A DNA stretch of 64,000 bases, taken from positions 49,910,001 to 49,974,000 of the forward strand of contig NC_043010.1 of assembly GCF_006345805.1 (NCBI RefSeq), given 5' to 3'. A program made the position numbers and the translations under genes. Below are positions 24,061 to 35,794 of the stretch, piece after piece (positions within the stretch are counted from its first letter, which is position 1; every line of letters starts with the position of its first letter). The stretch comes from Octopus sinensis (Eukaryota). The notes beneath the pieces are model-generated. The model saw only the letters and a program-made list of their open reading frames with translations, made no database searches and was not told the origin of the DNA.

Positions 24061-24310
24061 GGGCATATGGCGTAGTGGTTAAGAGCACGGGCTACTAACC
24101 CCAAGATTCCGAGTTCGATTCCAAGCACTAACCTGAACAACAACAACAACAATAATAATATTAACATCGAAATATACCTTAGGAATGACACCCCAGGTTC
24201 GAAATTACACCAAGACACCTGAAGAAGGCTGGAAGGTATATCAGCCGAAACGTTGTGTTAAGAACAAACAAGATGAGGACAAATATCCGTCAAATGTAAA
24301 TAATGTAAAA
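24061..24310 (+). mobile_element. tRNA-derived SINE with (AAC/AAT)n linker, hammerhead motif and (AATGTAAAT)n tail
   Basis: A box TGGCGTAGTGG 24068-78, anticodon-like arm GGG-CTACTAA-CCC, B box GAGTTCGATTCC 24111-22, then the hammerhead and a short tandem 3' tail. Inserted inside the mariner element. Confidence 0.75.
24214..24259 (+). ncRNA. Minimal type I hammerhead ribozyme motif within a tRNA-headed SINE
   Basis: Helix I GACAC(24214-18)/GTGTT(24255-59); core CTGAAGA 24219-25 plus an extra A; helix II GGCTG(24227-31)/CAGCC(24242-46); GAAA 24247-50; palindromic helix III ACGT; predicted cleavage 3' of GUU at 24254. Confidence 0.72.
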
Positions 24311-25293
24311 AATAACTTATTTACCCAAGTTTTAACATCATCTCCTGCGAAATAGTCACCCTGCACAGCAATACACCGGTTCCAGCATTCCTGACAATTT
24401 TGGAATTCGGCCTGGAAGCCGTTTTCCGTAAGTCGAGGAGTTTCTGCGATTTGCTCTGGATCTCGACACCGGTGTTAAAACGGTAACCTTTGAGCTGCAT
24501 TTCCATTTTTGAGAAGAGATGGAATTCTGCATGTGCTAAATATGGCGAATACAGTAGGTACGAAAGCGATGCCTTGTTGTTTTTGGTGAGAAACTCACAA
24601 ATGAAAAGAGCACGGTGAAGAAGCCAATTCCTCACGATCCACTGAACTGGTCCCTTTCGCCGAATGCCCTCCCTCAAACGCTTCAAAACGTCGCAGTAGA
24701 ACTCTCGATTGACGGTCTGGCCCTAGGAGGGAAAATACCACATTTCCGGGGGTGACGCCGCTTGTGACAGGTCTTCGAGATCGCTCATCACCTTCCAGGG
24801 ACGTTCTTTTGCCTTTGAAGCGTCCGTGCCACTGGAAACATTGCGTATGACCCATTACCTCGTCACCGTAAGCTTGCCGAAGCATGCTCAATGTCTTTGT
24901 AGCGGACTTCCCAAGTTTAACGCAAAATTTCACGTTGGCTCTGTGTTCCCGTCCATGACAAAAATCGCAGACTACAACATACACTTGACCACAAATAACA
25001 AATTTCACAACTTGCGATGTAAACACAGCAATGTCACTCGGCGCACAGCTTCATGAAGGTCACTACCAGGCCTCACTGTGTACGCAACCGTGTGTTGCCA
25101 TCTGTTGGCACGCTACAGTACTAGTCTGGGAACGTTTTGATACCACAACGTAATATGTTTAATCTTGTAAATGTTTGAACTGGTTTTCATCGACTTTGTA
25201 ACATTCCTCAGCCCTGTCCAGAACAATGTGACACACACACACACACACACAAACACAGAGTACGATCCAAATTCCGTCATATTATTTTACTTA

Positions 25294-25767
25294 TACCGTA
25301 AATCCTCGAGTATAGTCCGCCCTTGAGTATAATGCGCAGGAGATTTTTAGGGGGATGTACCTCTGAAAAACCTAAACCTTGTGGATAATACGCACCCCTT
25401 CTCTAACTTGAGTCAAGGAGGTCCTTGGTTTGTAAAAATGTATACGGTAACGTCATTTATTATTATTGTATATATAAAATAATGCAAACGTGTAGCTTTT
25501 TTGTGCATTTTGTTTGCAGAAAATAAAGAAATAACAGTAATAACGTTTAATAAATGTTGCTTACTGCAAGTTATGGATGATTCTTTTATGATTTCATTGC
25601 TTTCATGCTTAGCTTAAGGTATTTTCGCGCCCGACATCACAAAATGTATCTGAATAAACTTTGCTTAGAAAATAATTTTCATTTTTAACCTCGTATATAG
25701 TACGCACTAGGGATTTTGACCTTTAAATTTTGGGGGGAAAATGCGGATTATACTCGAGAATTTACGG
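25294..25767. mobile_element. pogo/Tigger-like MITE
   Basis: TIRs CCGTAAATCCTCGAGTATAGTCCGC (25296-25320) and near-perfect reverse complement (25743-25767); 5' TA; non-coding AT-rich interior. Confidence 0.7.
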
Positions 25768-25829
25768 ATTTAGTTTTTAATACCTGAGAATGTGGCAATG
25801 ACTCAAACAGTAAAGATATAAGTACGATA

Positions 25830-26250
25830 ACTGAGTGGTACAGTATGTGCCAAGAGGCACATATACCACTCGTTTCTTATCGTCAATGAAGTAAAACTGT
25901 TGGAACAAACTATAACCCCACTCAGATTAATGAGATAAGATTTACTGGTTGGCGGAAATACAATCATAGGAGACTGCTAAATGGCAACACTACTCCCCTC
26001 TCTGAAGATTGCAATGCAAATACACAAAACAACAGGGACCATGAACGTAGAATTGATGGTCCTTGGTGGTCTTTGATCGCAAACAAGGCTCTGACTATCG
26101 ATACTTTTATGTGGAACAGCATGGCATAAACACTCTATTACCAATCAGTGGGCGGAAAAGTGAAAATGGATGAATGGCCTGTATATGATAATCTAAATGC
26201 CATGGGTTATCGCCATCTTATGGTGAACCAACAAAACTATTATTTATATA
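25830..26250 (+). pseudogene. Merlin / IS1595 (ISXO2-like) transposase remnant
   Basis: TEWYSMCQEA (25830), TQINEIRFTGWRKYNHRRLLNG (25920; cf. VEIDESKF.KRKYNRGR), RRIDGPW, YFYVEQHGINTLLPI and KMDEWPVYDNLNAMGYRHLMVNQ. Frameshifted and truncated by a SINE. Confidence 0.8.
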
Positions 26251-27317
26251 GGCGTAGGAGTGGCTGCGTGGTAAGTAGCTTGCTTACCACCAGATGCTTC
26301 CGGGTTCAGTTCCACTGCGTGGAACCTTGGGTAAGTGTCTTCTACTATAACCTCGGGCTGACCAAAGCCTTGTGAGTGGATTTGGTAGGCAGAAACTGAA
26401 AGAAGCCTGTGGTATATATATATATGTGTGTGTTGTGTGTGTGTGTGTGTGTGGTGTTGTGTGTGTGTGTGTGTGTGTGTGTACGTTTGTGTGTCTGTGT
26501 TTGTCCCCCCAACATCACTTGACAACCATCATCATCATCATCATCATGTATCGTACACCAGCAGCGCATTGATGACACTACAAAGAAAAATCTTGCGATT
26601 AAGCGCCAGTTCTCCAGCTGCATTTGCCACTCCTGTCTAACCAGCTTCTGATATTCTCCAACCACTGCATTCTTCACAAGCCTCTTGATTTACAACCCGT
26701 CCACACTGCCTTCCGTGATAATGTTTTCCAGACTTGTTAAAGGCCCATCTCTTTAACACTGATCTTGTTACGACGTTTCGTATCCGAGTTACAAAATCAG
26801 TACTAGCTATATTTTCAGTAAAAAAATCTAGAGATAACCATAACGAGTGATTTAGGAGCGGTACTTATACAGTACAACACAGTATTGGCTTATAAAAGCG
26901 CTTAATATACTTTGTAATAAATTATGGTTGTTCCTACAGGTCATTAATGTTTTCCAGACGTCTGCTTCTTCGAATATGGCCATAAATAAGCTCTTATTTT
27001 TTACATATTTCTTTTTTTTTTCAGTTTAGGAACAAATGTGTGTACATTCATTTATCATTTTCTTTTTTGGGTGGAAATAAATCTTTCTCCATCATATCGT
27101 TGATAAAATATCTGAATACTTCACAACGCCAGCGTTGATATCTGCTCAAATGTTTAAAACATGGAGGAAATGGGGAAAGCAGTTCACTATGACGTCATAA
27201 TTGAAAAATAAAATTTTTTAACAGAAGAAAGTGTACTATACGTGTATGTGTGTGTGTGTGAATGCAGAGGGCGTGAGAAAGAGGAAAAAAGAGATACACC
27301 TATACACAAACACACAT

Positions 27318-27423
27318 CTCCGCCACCGCCGCCTCCTCCACTGCCGCCGTCGCCACCACCACCACCACCACCACCACTACCACCACCAACAGCAGCAGCA
27401 GCAACAACATCAACGACAACGAA

Positions 27424-27457
<34 letters not shown>

Positions 27458-27466
27458 TCATCACCA
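27318..27466. repeat. Mosaic trinucleotide tract (CCG/CCA/CAG/CAA/CAT)n
   Basis: Seen directly. Similar (CCA)-rich tracts occur at about 40140-40225 and 46685-46955. Confidence 0.95.
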
Positions 27467-28024
27467 CGTGGCTTGAGCAGTTCAATAGGAACCGGCGAAG
27501 CAAAACATTATGGACAAAGAAATTTGTAAGAAGTTCTGAAATTTTTACGAGCTTCAATGAATAACCCCATGTGAAACGGTTGAACAGGCATTTGAATAAT
27601 TTGAAAAGGGAAAAGTCCTCAACGAAATTCTTTTGCGAAAAGTTACAAAACAAAAAAAAATTAAAAACTGGACGGTAGAGATAGGGTTAGAGCTAGGGTT
27701 AAGGGTTAGAGTAATGGATAGGGTTTAGGATTTGACTCATCGTCAAAGAAAATACATTGACTAAAAGAAAATGTGTGCTGGTGATGGTAGTTCGGGCAGC
27801 AGACAGGAGGAAATGGACACCAACGATTTATCGTCATGTGTGTAAATAGTAGCTTTTGACTGGTTAAAATTACCCAACATTCTCAAAAAATTTAACTTAT
27901 TAACTTCAATTTATTAATTTGTGGCAAAAATAAATGTTATTTTCATAATTAGCAACCAAAATTAAATCAGTACACCAACTTTGAAAGAAATTGCAACAAA
28001 AGTCTTTTAAAATTAGAAAACTAA

Positions 28025-28410
28025 GTCGCAGGAGTGGCTGTGTGGTAAGTAGCTTGCTTACCAACCACATAGTTCCGGGTTCAGTCCAACTGCGTGGCAC
28101 CTTGGGCAAGTGTCTTCTACTATAGCCTCGGGCCGATCAAAGTCTTGTGAGTGGACTTGGTAGACGGAAACTGAAAGAAGCCCGTCGTACATATGTATGT
28201 GTATATGTGTGTGTGTGTGTTGTGTATCTGTGTTTGTCCCCCCAACATCGCTTGACAACCGATGCTGGTGTGTTTACGTCCCCGTAACTTAGCGGTTCAG
28301 CAAAAGAAACCGATAGGATAAGTACTAGGCTTACAAAGAATAAGTCCTGAGGTCGATTTGCTCGACTAAAGGTGGTGCTCCAGCATGGCCGCAGTCAAAT
28401 GACTGAAACA
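28025..28410 (+). mobile_element. tRNA-derived, CORE-like SINE (family 2) with internal (TA)n(TG)n microsatellite
   Basis: A box TGGCTGTGTGG, B box GGTTCAGTCC, CORE-like GGCACCTTGGGCAAGTGTCTT. Further full or partial copies: about 2830-3390, 16505-16912(-), 17135-17495, 22870-23000(-), 23270-23430(-), 26250-26530, 35360-35760(-), 37070-37240, 39360-39640, 42835-43060(-), 49715-50077(-), 51310-51560, 51655-52030, 52330-52920(-), 62080-62240, 63790-63930(-). Confidence 0.88.
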
Positions 28411-29935
28411 AGTAAAAGAGTAACTGTGATAACAGCAGAAAAGATTCAGAATTTGTGAGAGACAAACAGCAGCTGCAACACTACAACAACAATATCAGCA
28501 ACAGCGACAATGTCAACGGCTGGCTGTACGAAAAGCAGGTGCATTTATTTGTGGCCTAGGTTATCAGAAGCTGAGCGTGGGCAGATAATCACTGCAGCTT
28601 CCATAGTGAACGCATCCAATAGGGGATGAAACGAAAACGAAGACGAAGATCAGAGATTAAATCGATTCAAAAGGCATCGCAGAGAGTTAAGAATAGTAAT
28701 CTCTGTTGTTTCAAACACGCGCGCGCACCCCCAACGCTCATACAGACACACAGCACACACATAAACACTCACACAGACAGACAGACAGACAGACACGTAC
28801 ACACATCCACACACACACACACAGACACTCACACAGACACACGTACACACATCCACACACACACATACAGACACACAGCACACACACAAACACTAACACA
28901 GACAGACAGACACACACATACAGACACACAGCACACAGCACAAACACTCACACAGACACAGATAGACAGATAGACACGTACACACATCCACACACACTTT
29001 CCCTCTCCCCTCTTTCTCTCTTACACACACACACGCACACATTTAAAAAAAGTAAAAATGTTATGTGAGAATATGGCAAAATTTTACAATACTGGAACTT
29101 TTTTTCCCAAATAACAATCTTGGTTAAACGGTAAAGGTAAAGACCCTCTTCGGTCATGAATGACCATGAGATTGTACATAGAAAATTCCCCTCCTCCAAG
29201 GCACAAGTCTGGACAAGGTTGTTTATGGAAGACCAGCAGTCGCCCCTGCATTCAAGCCTCTCCTCTCCACACCACCGATGTTATCCAAGGGAAAGCCAAA
29301 GGCTGGTACAGCTTGGCACCAGTGACATTGCAACTCATTTCTACAGCTGAGTGAACTGGGGCAACGCGAAATAAAGAGTCTTTCTCAAGAACACAACACA
29401 CAGCGCGGTCCGGGAATCGAACTCACTACTTCATGTTTGTGAGGTTAATCAGATATATGATAATAACAATTCAAAGTAAATAACTCTGAAAAGAGCTTTT
29501 GTTCATTCTCAGAGAATATTACCCTCAACGGCGCTAGTGTTGGTATATTCGTGAATAAGTCATTAACCGAAATAAATGGATTTATTGTTTAGGAAAATAC
29601 TGTTTACTTGTTTAAGGGTTGCACTGGATAAATTGCGAAAATAACTCTAACAGTTCAAATACTAAGAAATAAGCATATTCAATTTCATTTTTACCAAATA
29701 ATTTAGGCAAAGGAAAGAGTTGTTTCCCTTGGCCATATATAAGAATCCGTTCCAGGGACCCTATTATCCATTTTTGTCAACAATCTGAGTATGCCATGAG
29801 GTTTCCAGACATGAGTTCTACTCACGTGTCAAGTTTCATCAAAATTGATAAAACGATGTAGGAGGAGTTAGCTAACAACTCCACAAACACACCCACGGAC
29901 AGAATTTCCCCACATACGTAGTATATTATATATAT

Positions 29936-30002
<67 letters not shown>

Positions 30003-30170
30003 CACACACATACGTACATACACACAAACACGGCGTTAGGAAGGGCATTGAGCCATGAAAACAATGCCAAAGCAGAACTTGGTGCAGTCCTTTGGTTTGT
30101 CAGCTCTTGTCAAATCGCCCAACCCATGGTAGTATAGAAGCTGGACGTTAAACGATGATTATGATGGTGA

Positions 30171-30249
<79 letters not shown>

Positions 30250-30313
30250 CTATATATCTATATATATATATATGTATGTATGTATGTATGTAAGTTTGTA
30301 CGTATGTCGAGAA

Positions 30314-30407
<94 letters not shown>

Positions 30408-31109
30408 TCTAAGAGCAGCTTTTTAATCTCACATTATTCACAATTTACAAAAGTAAATCAAGGAAACGATAAAAAATGTAGGACTAAAGAACAAAGAAAA
30501 AAAAGGAAGAAATAAATGAATAAATATACAAAATAGAAAGACATGCACACTCCCTCAATTATTTATGGTTCAAGGGGAGACAAGTAATACAACCCAAAAT
30601 ACTATTATAACAGTACCCTCATGAACAGACGAACTCACTCTTTGTCCTTCGTGGAAGATAAATGCCTCTGATGGGATGTCACCGTTAGCGATTCTTCTGC
30701 TCCATCATACATAGTTAATATCACTGCAGAAGTGGCGGCTTACTGTATTTGTAGTTAAATGGGATAATATACTGAAATATTGTAATCTGTTAGTAATTTT
30801 CATTTTCCAGTCTGTGTTTTTTTTTAAGGCGTCGAAGAGTGTTGAGCTGATGACAAGGAATTTTGTTCTCCGACTCTTTTAACGTCACGCTTCAATGAAG
30901 TATCAATTGATACTCGTAAGGGTTTTAACTAATTTTTTTTAATATACAAATTTTATTAGGTATATAACACGTATGTATGTATATGATACATACATAGTAC
31001 AAAAGAAAGACAGAGAAAAAAGCAAAAAAAAAAAAATAGAAAGAAGAAACCCTCAATGCAGCACCAAGTGCTTCGATTGGTTGCACAGCAGAAGGTTCGA
31101 CTGAACCTA

Positions 31110-31330
31110 CTGAAGTAATGCCAGCATGCTCGCAAAACCATTAGCGATGGTGAGACTGGCGTTGGAATAGCCAAGCAGTCCCACGAACATCACCTGACAC
31201 CTCGGTGAGGCGAGCTGCCAACGATGACAAGAACTTCGCCGTTAGTGACCCAGTCCCTCCAAATGTCGCAAACGCCACAGGCTGGATATATAGTTCCCTG
31301 CCAGGTCCCGATACTTCAGGGTTTTGTTCT
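31110..31330 (-). mobile_element. CRE-like non-LTR retrotransposon RLE C-terminal fragment
   Basis: QPVAFATFGGTGSLTAKFLSSLAARLTEVSGDVRGTAWLFQR.S.TIANG matches the PxAxETxG...FLxxLxxRL...QRxSxAIxRGN tail of CRE/RLE elements. Confidence 0.65.
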
Positions 31331-32229
31331 GTTCGGCTACGGAAGCAGTGACCCTTCCATTTACCGCAGCAATTGGGATATGGGAGGGAGCAAAGAGTCA
31401 TAGAGGGTCCTTGACTGTTCAGCGCTACAGTGAATGTTTTAGGTTGTCTCAAACATTTTTAGATCACGATGCCAGTGGCCCCTGAAGCAATGAGGGAAAG
31501 TGCATACTCCTTTATTTTGCTTATATACTGATTTTCTGAGACGGGAGGTTCTTTTCATACCTGCTTTTTACTGTTATCTTTATTACTGTCTTCCAGTCCT
31601 GTTTTACCCATTATTTTTCATTCGCTGTTCATTCATACAACAAAGTTAATTTTGAAACGCAAAGTTTCAAATATGTTTGGGCTTTTGAATTTAAGAATCT
31701 GAGCACTTTAAAGTTTTACATTTTGACAATAATTTTAAAGTTTTTAGTCTACTTTCCTGATAGTAGTATTCCTATCACGAGGTAAGCAACTATAGTTGTC
31801 TCCCTTACCTTTGAAAATCTATGTAATAATAATGAACTTATGGTATATAGAGCTCAGGTGCATTACAATTCACAAGAAAAAGTAGTCAAAAACTCTACGA
31901 AAAGGACATAGAGTGTGCACAAGAAATGAACAGTGAATAAATCATAAAAAAAAAAGCAAAATATAATGGTTCTTTCTAGTTTAGGTACAAGTCCAACGAT
32001 TTTCCGCATAGAGTCAGGACAAATACTACAAAGCTTCTTTCCAACACTCTAATAACTCTGCCATACCACTGTTTCTAATGTCCTTTATATATTATAGTAT
32101 TTGTTCTGATTCTCTGTGGTTTCGTGTTCGAATTTCATCAAGATCAACTTCGCTTTTCATCCTTTCAATGACAATAAATAAACAGTTCAGGATGGCCGAT
32201 TGTCAGAATTTAAACAGACTATTTGATTG

Positions 32230-32530
32230 GTTGTGGAGGCACATGGCTAAGTGGTTAGAGCAGCGGACTCGCGATCGAGGTATCGCGGGTTCGAATCTCA
32301 AACAGAGCGATGAGTGTGTGTGTGTTTATGAGCGAATTACTTCTGGCAGAAAGTATTGGCGAACCTCCACTGACCCTTTCGCTATAACTTTCTCTCACTC
32401 TTTCCTCCTGCATCTAGCAGCTCACTTGCGACGGACCAGTGTCCCGTCCTGGTGGGGAACCTATATGCCAATGAAACCGGGAATACGGCCCTTATGAGCT
32501 AGGAATGGCCCGAGAAGGAACAAACAACAA
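32230..32530 (+). mobile_element. tRNA-derived SINE (family 3, tail type A)
   Basis: A/B boxes TGGCTAAGTGG / GGTTCGAATCT. Tail ..GAAACCGGGAATACGGCCCTTATGAG..AACAAC is homologous to 36520-36810. Confidence 0.82.
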
Positions 32531-33219
32531 CATTTGAGGGGTTGCCTTCTGGTAGCTTAACTTGCTCTATGTATTCTGACTTTCTAGCCTGCTTCCTGTT
32601 ACAAGAAAAAAAAAAAAAAAAGGCACAGGCATGGCTGTGAGGTAAGAAGCTTGTTTCCCAACCACATGATTCTGGGTTCAGTCCCACTACATGGCACCTT
32701 TAATGGTTTTTAAAAAAACCAACAATTATTTACAGGTAGATTTCGGCATGTAAATATAACCATTAATGGTAAGAACTTTTATAAAAGTTCAATATATATA
32801 TATATATATCAGGCATGTGCCATTAGTAATTACTCAGGGTAGGCAGTTGGTGCCCTCTATGTAATAAAACACACAAAAGTAAGCAAATGAAATACAGGCA
32901 TGCGACTGAGTTGAAGGCAGATTTACTTTTGCCTTTATAGTACATAAAGAAAACGTTGTTGTAGGAGTGTGCACAGCATGTGTACTACACAATTACTATA
33001 TATAGCTTTAATACTGAGATTGAAAGGCAGGGGCAAATTATGCCTATCTAATCTACAAAAAAAAAAAATATTTAGTATTTTATGCTTAGTAATCTGAGTA
33101 ATCGTCATAATTTTATTTAATTTGGTACACACTCTGCCATAAAAGGAAAATGTTGCTATTAATCTATTTTATTCAAAGTAGGCACTGTCTACCTTACCTA
33201 CCTTGGCGGCACATCTGTG

Positions 33220-33250
<31 letters not shown>

Positions 33251-33264
33251 CATACATACATACA

Positions 33265-33450
33265 TACATATCGCTAGCCACTAAACCTTTTTTATTTTCT
33301 CTCCCTGTTTATTTCTGTGTTCCTTTCTGTCGAAGAGCATAGGCTCAAAACGTAAAAGACTTTCTAACTTCCCGAGTGTAAAACACTAATACATCTGTTT
33401 GTTCTTTACACACCTGTCTTCATCTTTTGTTCTTTTTTTTGTAAATTCTT
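33265..33450 (+). mobile_element. Same variant-hammerhead repeat, copy 2 (GAAA mutated to AAAA)
   Basis: CTTT-CTGTCGA-A-GAGC(ATAG)GCTC-AAAA-CGT-A-AAAG at 33323-33358. Flanks align to 12920-13092. Confidence 0.58.
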
Positions 33451-33467
33451 ACTATATATATATATAT

Positions 33468-33731
33468 ATATAAGAGGGATGACCACTATGTGGACATCCA
33501 TTATGCTAGATGTAGACCCCATATGATCTGACCACTAAGAAAAGATTGTTCTCAAGAAAATTCAGCAAATGCCAGAATGTAAGCAAGACAAATATCTTTT
33601 CATTTGTCTTGTTAGCTTATGTTCTGGCGTTTGCTGAACTTTCTTGAGAACAATCTTTTCTTAGTGGTAAGACCATATGGGGTCTACATCTAGCATAATG
33701 GATGTCCACTCAGTGGTCAACCCTCTTATAT
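33468..33731. repeat. Fold-back element, about 125-bp arms, 8-nt loop
   Basis: 33468-33593 pairs with 33602-33731, with roughly 7-8 mismatches and one 4-nt indel. Confidence 0.92.
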
Positions 33732-35094
33732 GTATGTTATATAATTTTTTTGAATCTTCAGATTTTTTCAATATGCTAGCTAGGCTACTGGTTTTAAATT
33801 GATATTAATCAAATTAATATTCAATTTTTCACCCTTATTATCTAAATATATATATATATAATGATTTATATTCATGTATTTTAATAACTACTTGTATTCT
33901 TATATTATATGCATTGAATAATATACTATATGTATGTTATGGTTGTCGTTTTGATAAATAAGTTAACATTTTAATATCCTAAAGTTGATGAACCAACTAA
34001 TGTGCTTCTCCATTTTCTTATTTGCTATATATATATATAAGGATAATATCGATATTTAAATATCGAGAGCTTATTTGAAGCAAAGCTAGAAATCCAGGAT
34101 CTTGAATTATCCAGTAATATCTTTTTGCTAGTTTATTTTATCTCTCTGTCTTATCTCATGGTGCGATATGAACATTTAAGGTGGTTTTTAGAGTCAGGGT
34201 TTTGACTGCTATTTCGGCATGGTGGTGTCTCTCAGATACCCTTATTTATAGTTATATATATATATATGTGATTCAGATGTACAAAAGACAATAACAGGTA
34301 TGGGAACAACAAGCAAGTATATTAGTTTAATGCTCAAGAAGAATGGAAAAGTCTTTAACATTTTGAGCCTATGCTCTTTGACAGGAAGGGACAAGAATAA
34401 AGAATAAAATGGAGAGAAAGTAAAAGAGAGAGAGGGAGAGAGAAAAAAGAGAGAGAGAGAAAATGTGACAAGATTAATGGTTGCACATGATGAAATGACT
34501 GGAAAAAACAGGCTAGTGGAAAGGGAGATAACAGTGACCCAGCTGAACTGGGATGTACAAGCATGTGTGTGTATGTGAGAATGGTGTGTGAATGTATATG
34601 TGTGTGGGGGGTGGGTGGACGTGAGCAAGTGTGTATGTATGTGTGGGTGAGTTTAAGCCAGCCTATTTGTGTGTATGGGAGCATGCGTGTGTATGTATAT
34701 AAGTAAACAAGTATGTATGTTGTGTGGAGTGATGTGTGTTCTGTGTACTTATCTGTGTGTGTGGGAGTGTGAGAAGCTGTGTATACTATATGTGTGAGAG
34801 GCTATCAGGTGTGTATGTGGGTGTGTGTGTATGTGTGTGTGTGTGTGTGTGCAAATGCATATGTGTAGCAGTTAATGTGTGTGATACATAAATACATATA
34901 TATATACACGTACGTGTTCAAACATTAGGATTTCCACATGCTATCAGATGATGCACTCTATGATCAATCCAAGCGGTTAAAATTTCTGATTATTCACTGA
35001 TCTTTATTATTGATTGCAGATAAGTATGTAATGGAAAAGAAATAGACCAACAACAATTTACTTTTTGTTATTCTCCCATGCTATATATATATAA

Positions 35095-35290
35095 AATGGG
35101 AAGGTTTACAAAAATAAACAACAGACGAAGGCAGGTGGAGTACAAACAAACAAATGTATTAGTATAGCGCTCAGGAATAGAAATAGAAAAAGTCTTTTAC
35201 GTTTCGAGCCTATGCTCTTCGACAGAAAGATACACAGAAAAAACCAAGGAGAGAAAAAAAAGGGAGAGAAAAAAAAAGGAGAGAAAAAAA
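35095..35290 (-). mobile_element. Same variant-hammerhead repeat, copy 3
   Basis: Reverse complement of 35193-35230 reads TCTTT-CTGTCGA-A-GAGC(ATAG)GCTC-GAAA-CGT-A-AAAGA. Confidence 0.6.
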
Positions 35291-35298
35291 ATTATATG

Positions 35299-35349
<51 letters not shown>

Positions 35350-35794
35350 TTTCTGTTTTATATCTTTTATTTGTTTCAGTCATTTGACTGCAGCCATGCT
35401 GGAGCACCGCCTTTAGTCAAGCAAATCGACCCCAAGATTTATTCTTCATAAGCCTAGTACATGTTCTATCAGTTTCTTTTGCTGAACCACTAAGTTACGG
35501 GGACGTAAACACACCACCATCAGTTGTCAAGTGATGTTGGGGTGGGGGGGAACAAACACAGACACACACACACACACACACATATATATGCATATATACG
35601 ATGGGCTTCTTTCAGTTTCCATCTATCAAATCCACTCACAAGGATTTGGTTGGCCCGAGGCTATAGTAGACATTTGCCCAAGGTGCCATGCAGTGGGACT
35701 GAACCCAGAACCATGTGGTTCGTAAGCAAGCTACTTACCACACAGCCACTCCTACACCTACGTAAAGTAAGAAACAAAAGATTTCAGAACGTAT

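Larger units (their letters stand above)
23903..25152 (-). mobile_element. Internally deleted mariner (Tc1/mariner) transposon
   Basis: About 30-bp TIRs (23905-23934 / 25121-25150) flanked by TA. Minus-strand fragments: RANVKFCVKLGKSATKTLSMLRQAYG..QWHGRFK..SLEGDERSRRP (HTH region) and KRLREGIRRK..WLLH..YSPYLAHAEFHLF (degenerate YSPDLAPSD). Confidence 0.9.

Noticed and set aside
24061-24135. tRNA gene (Ser-like anticodon loop CT-ACT-AA)
   Set aside because: The A/B boxes and anticodon arm are present, but the T-stem and acceptor stem do not pair. It is a SINE head, as are the other tRNA-like segments (32230, 36520, 56627, 28025).
27231-27653. Poly-His/Gln/Pro ORFs suggesting a transcription factor exon
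   Set aside because: Pure trinucleotide mosaic open in several frames, with no flanking domain or convincing splice sites.
27680-27730. Interstitial telomere
   Set aside because: Only a few degenerate TAGGGTT units over about 50 bp.
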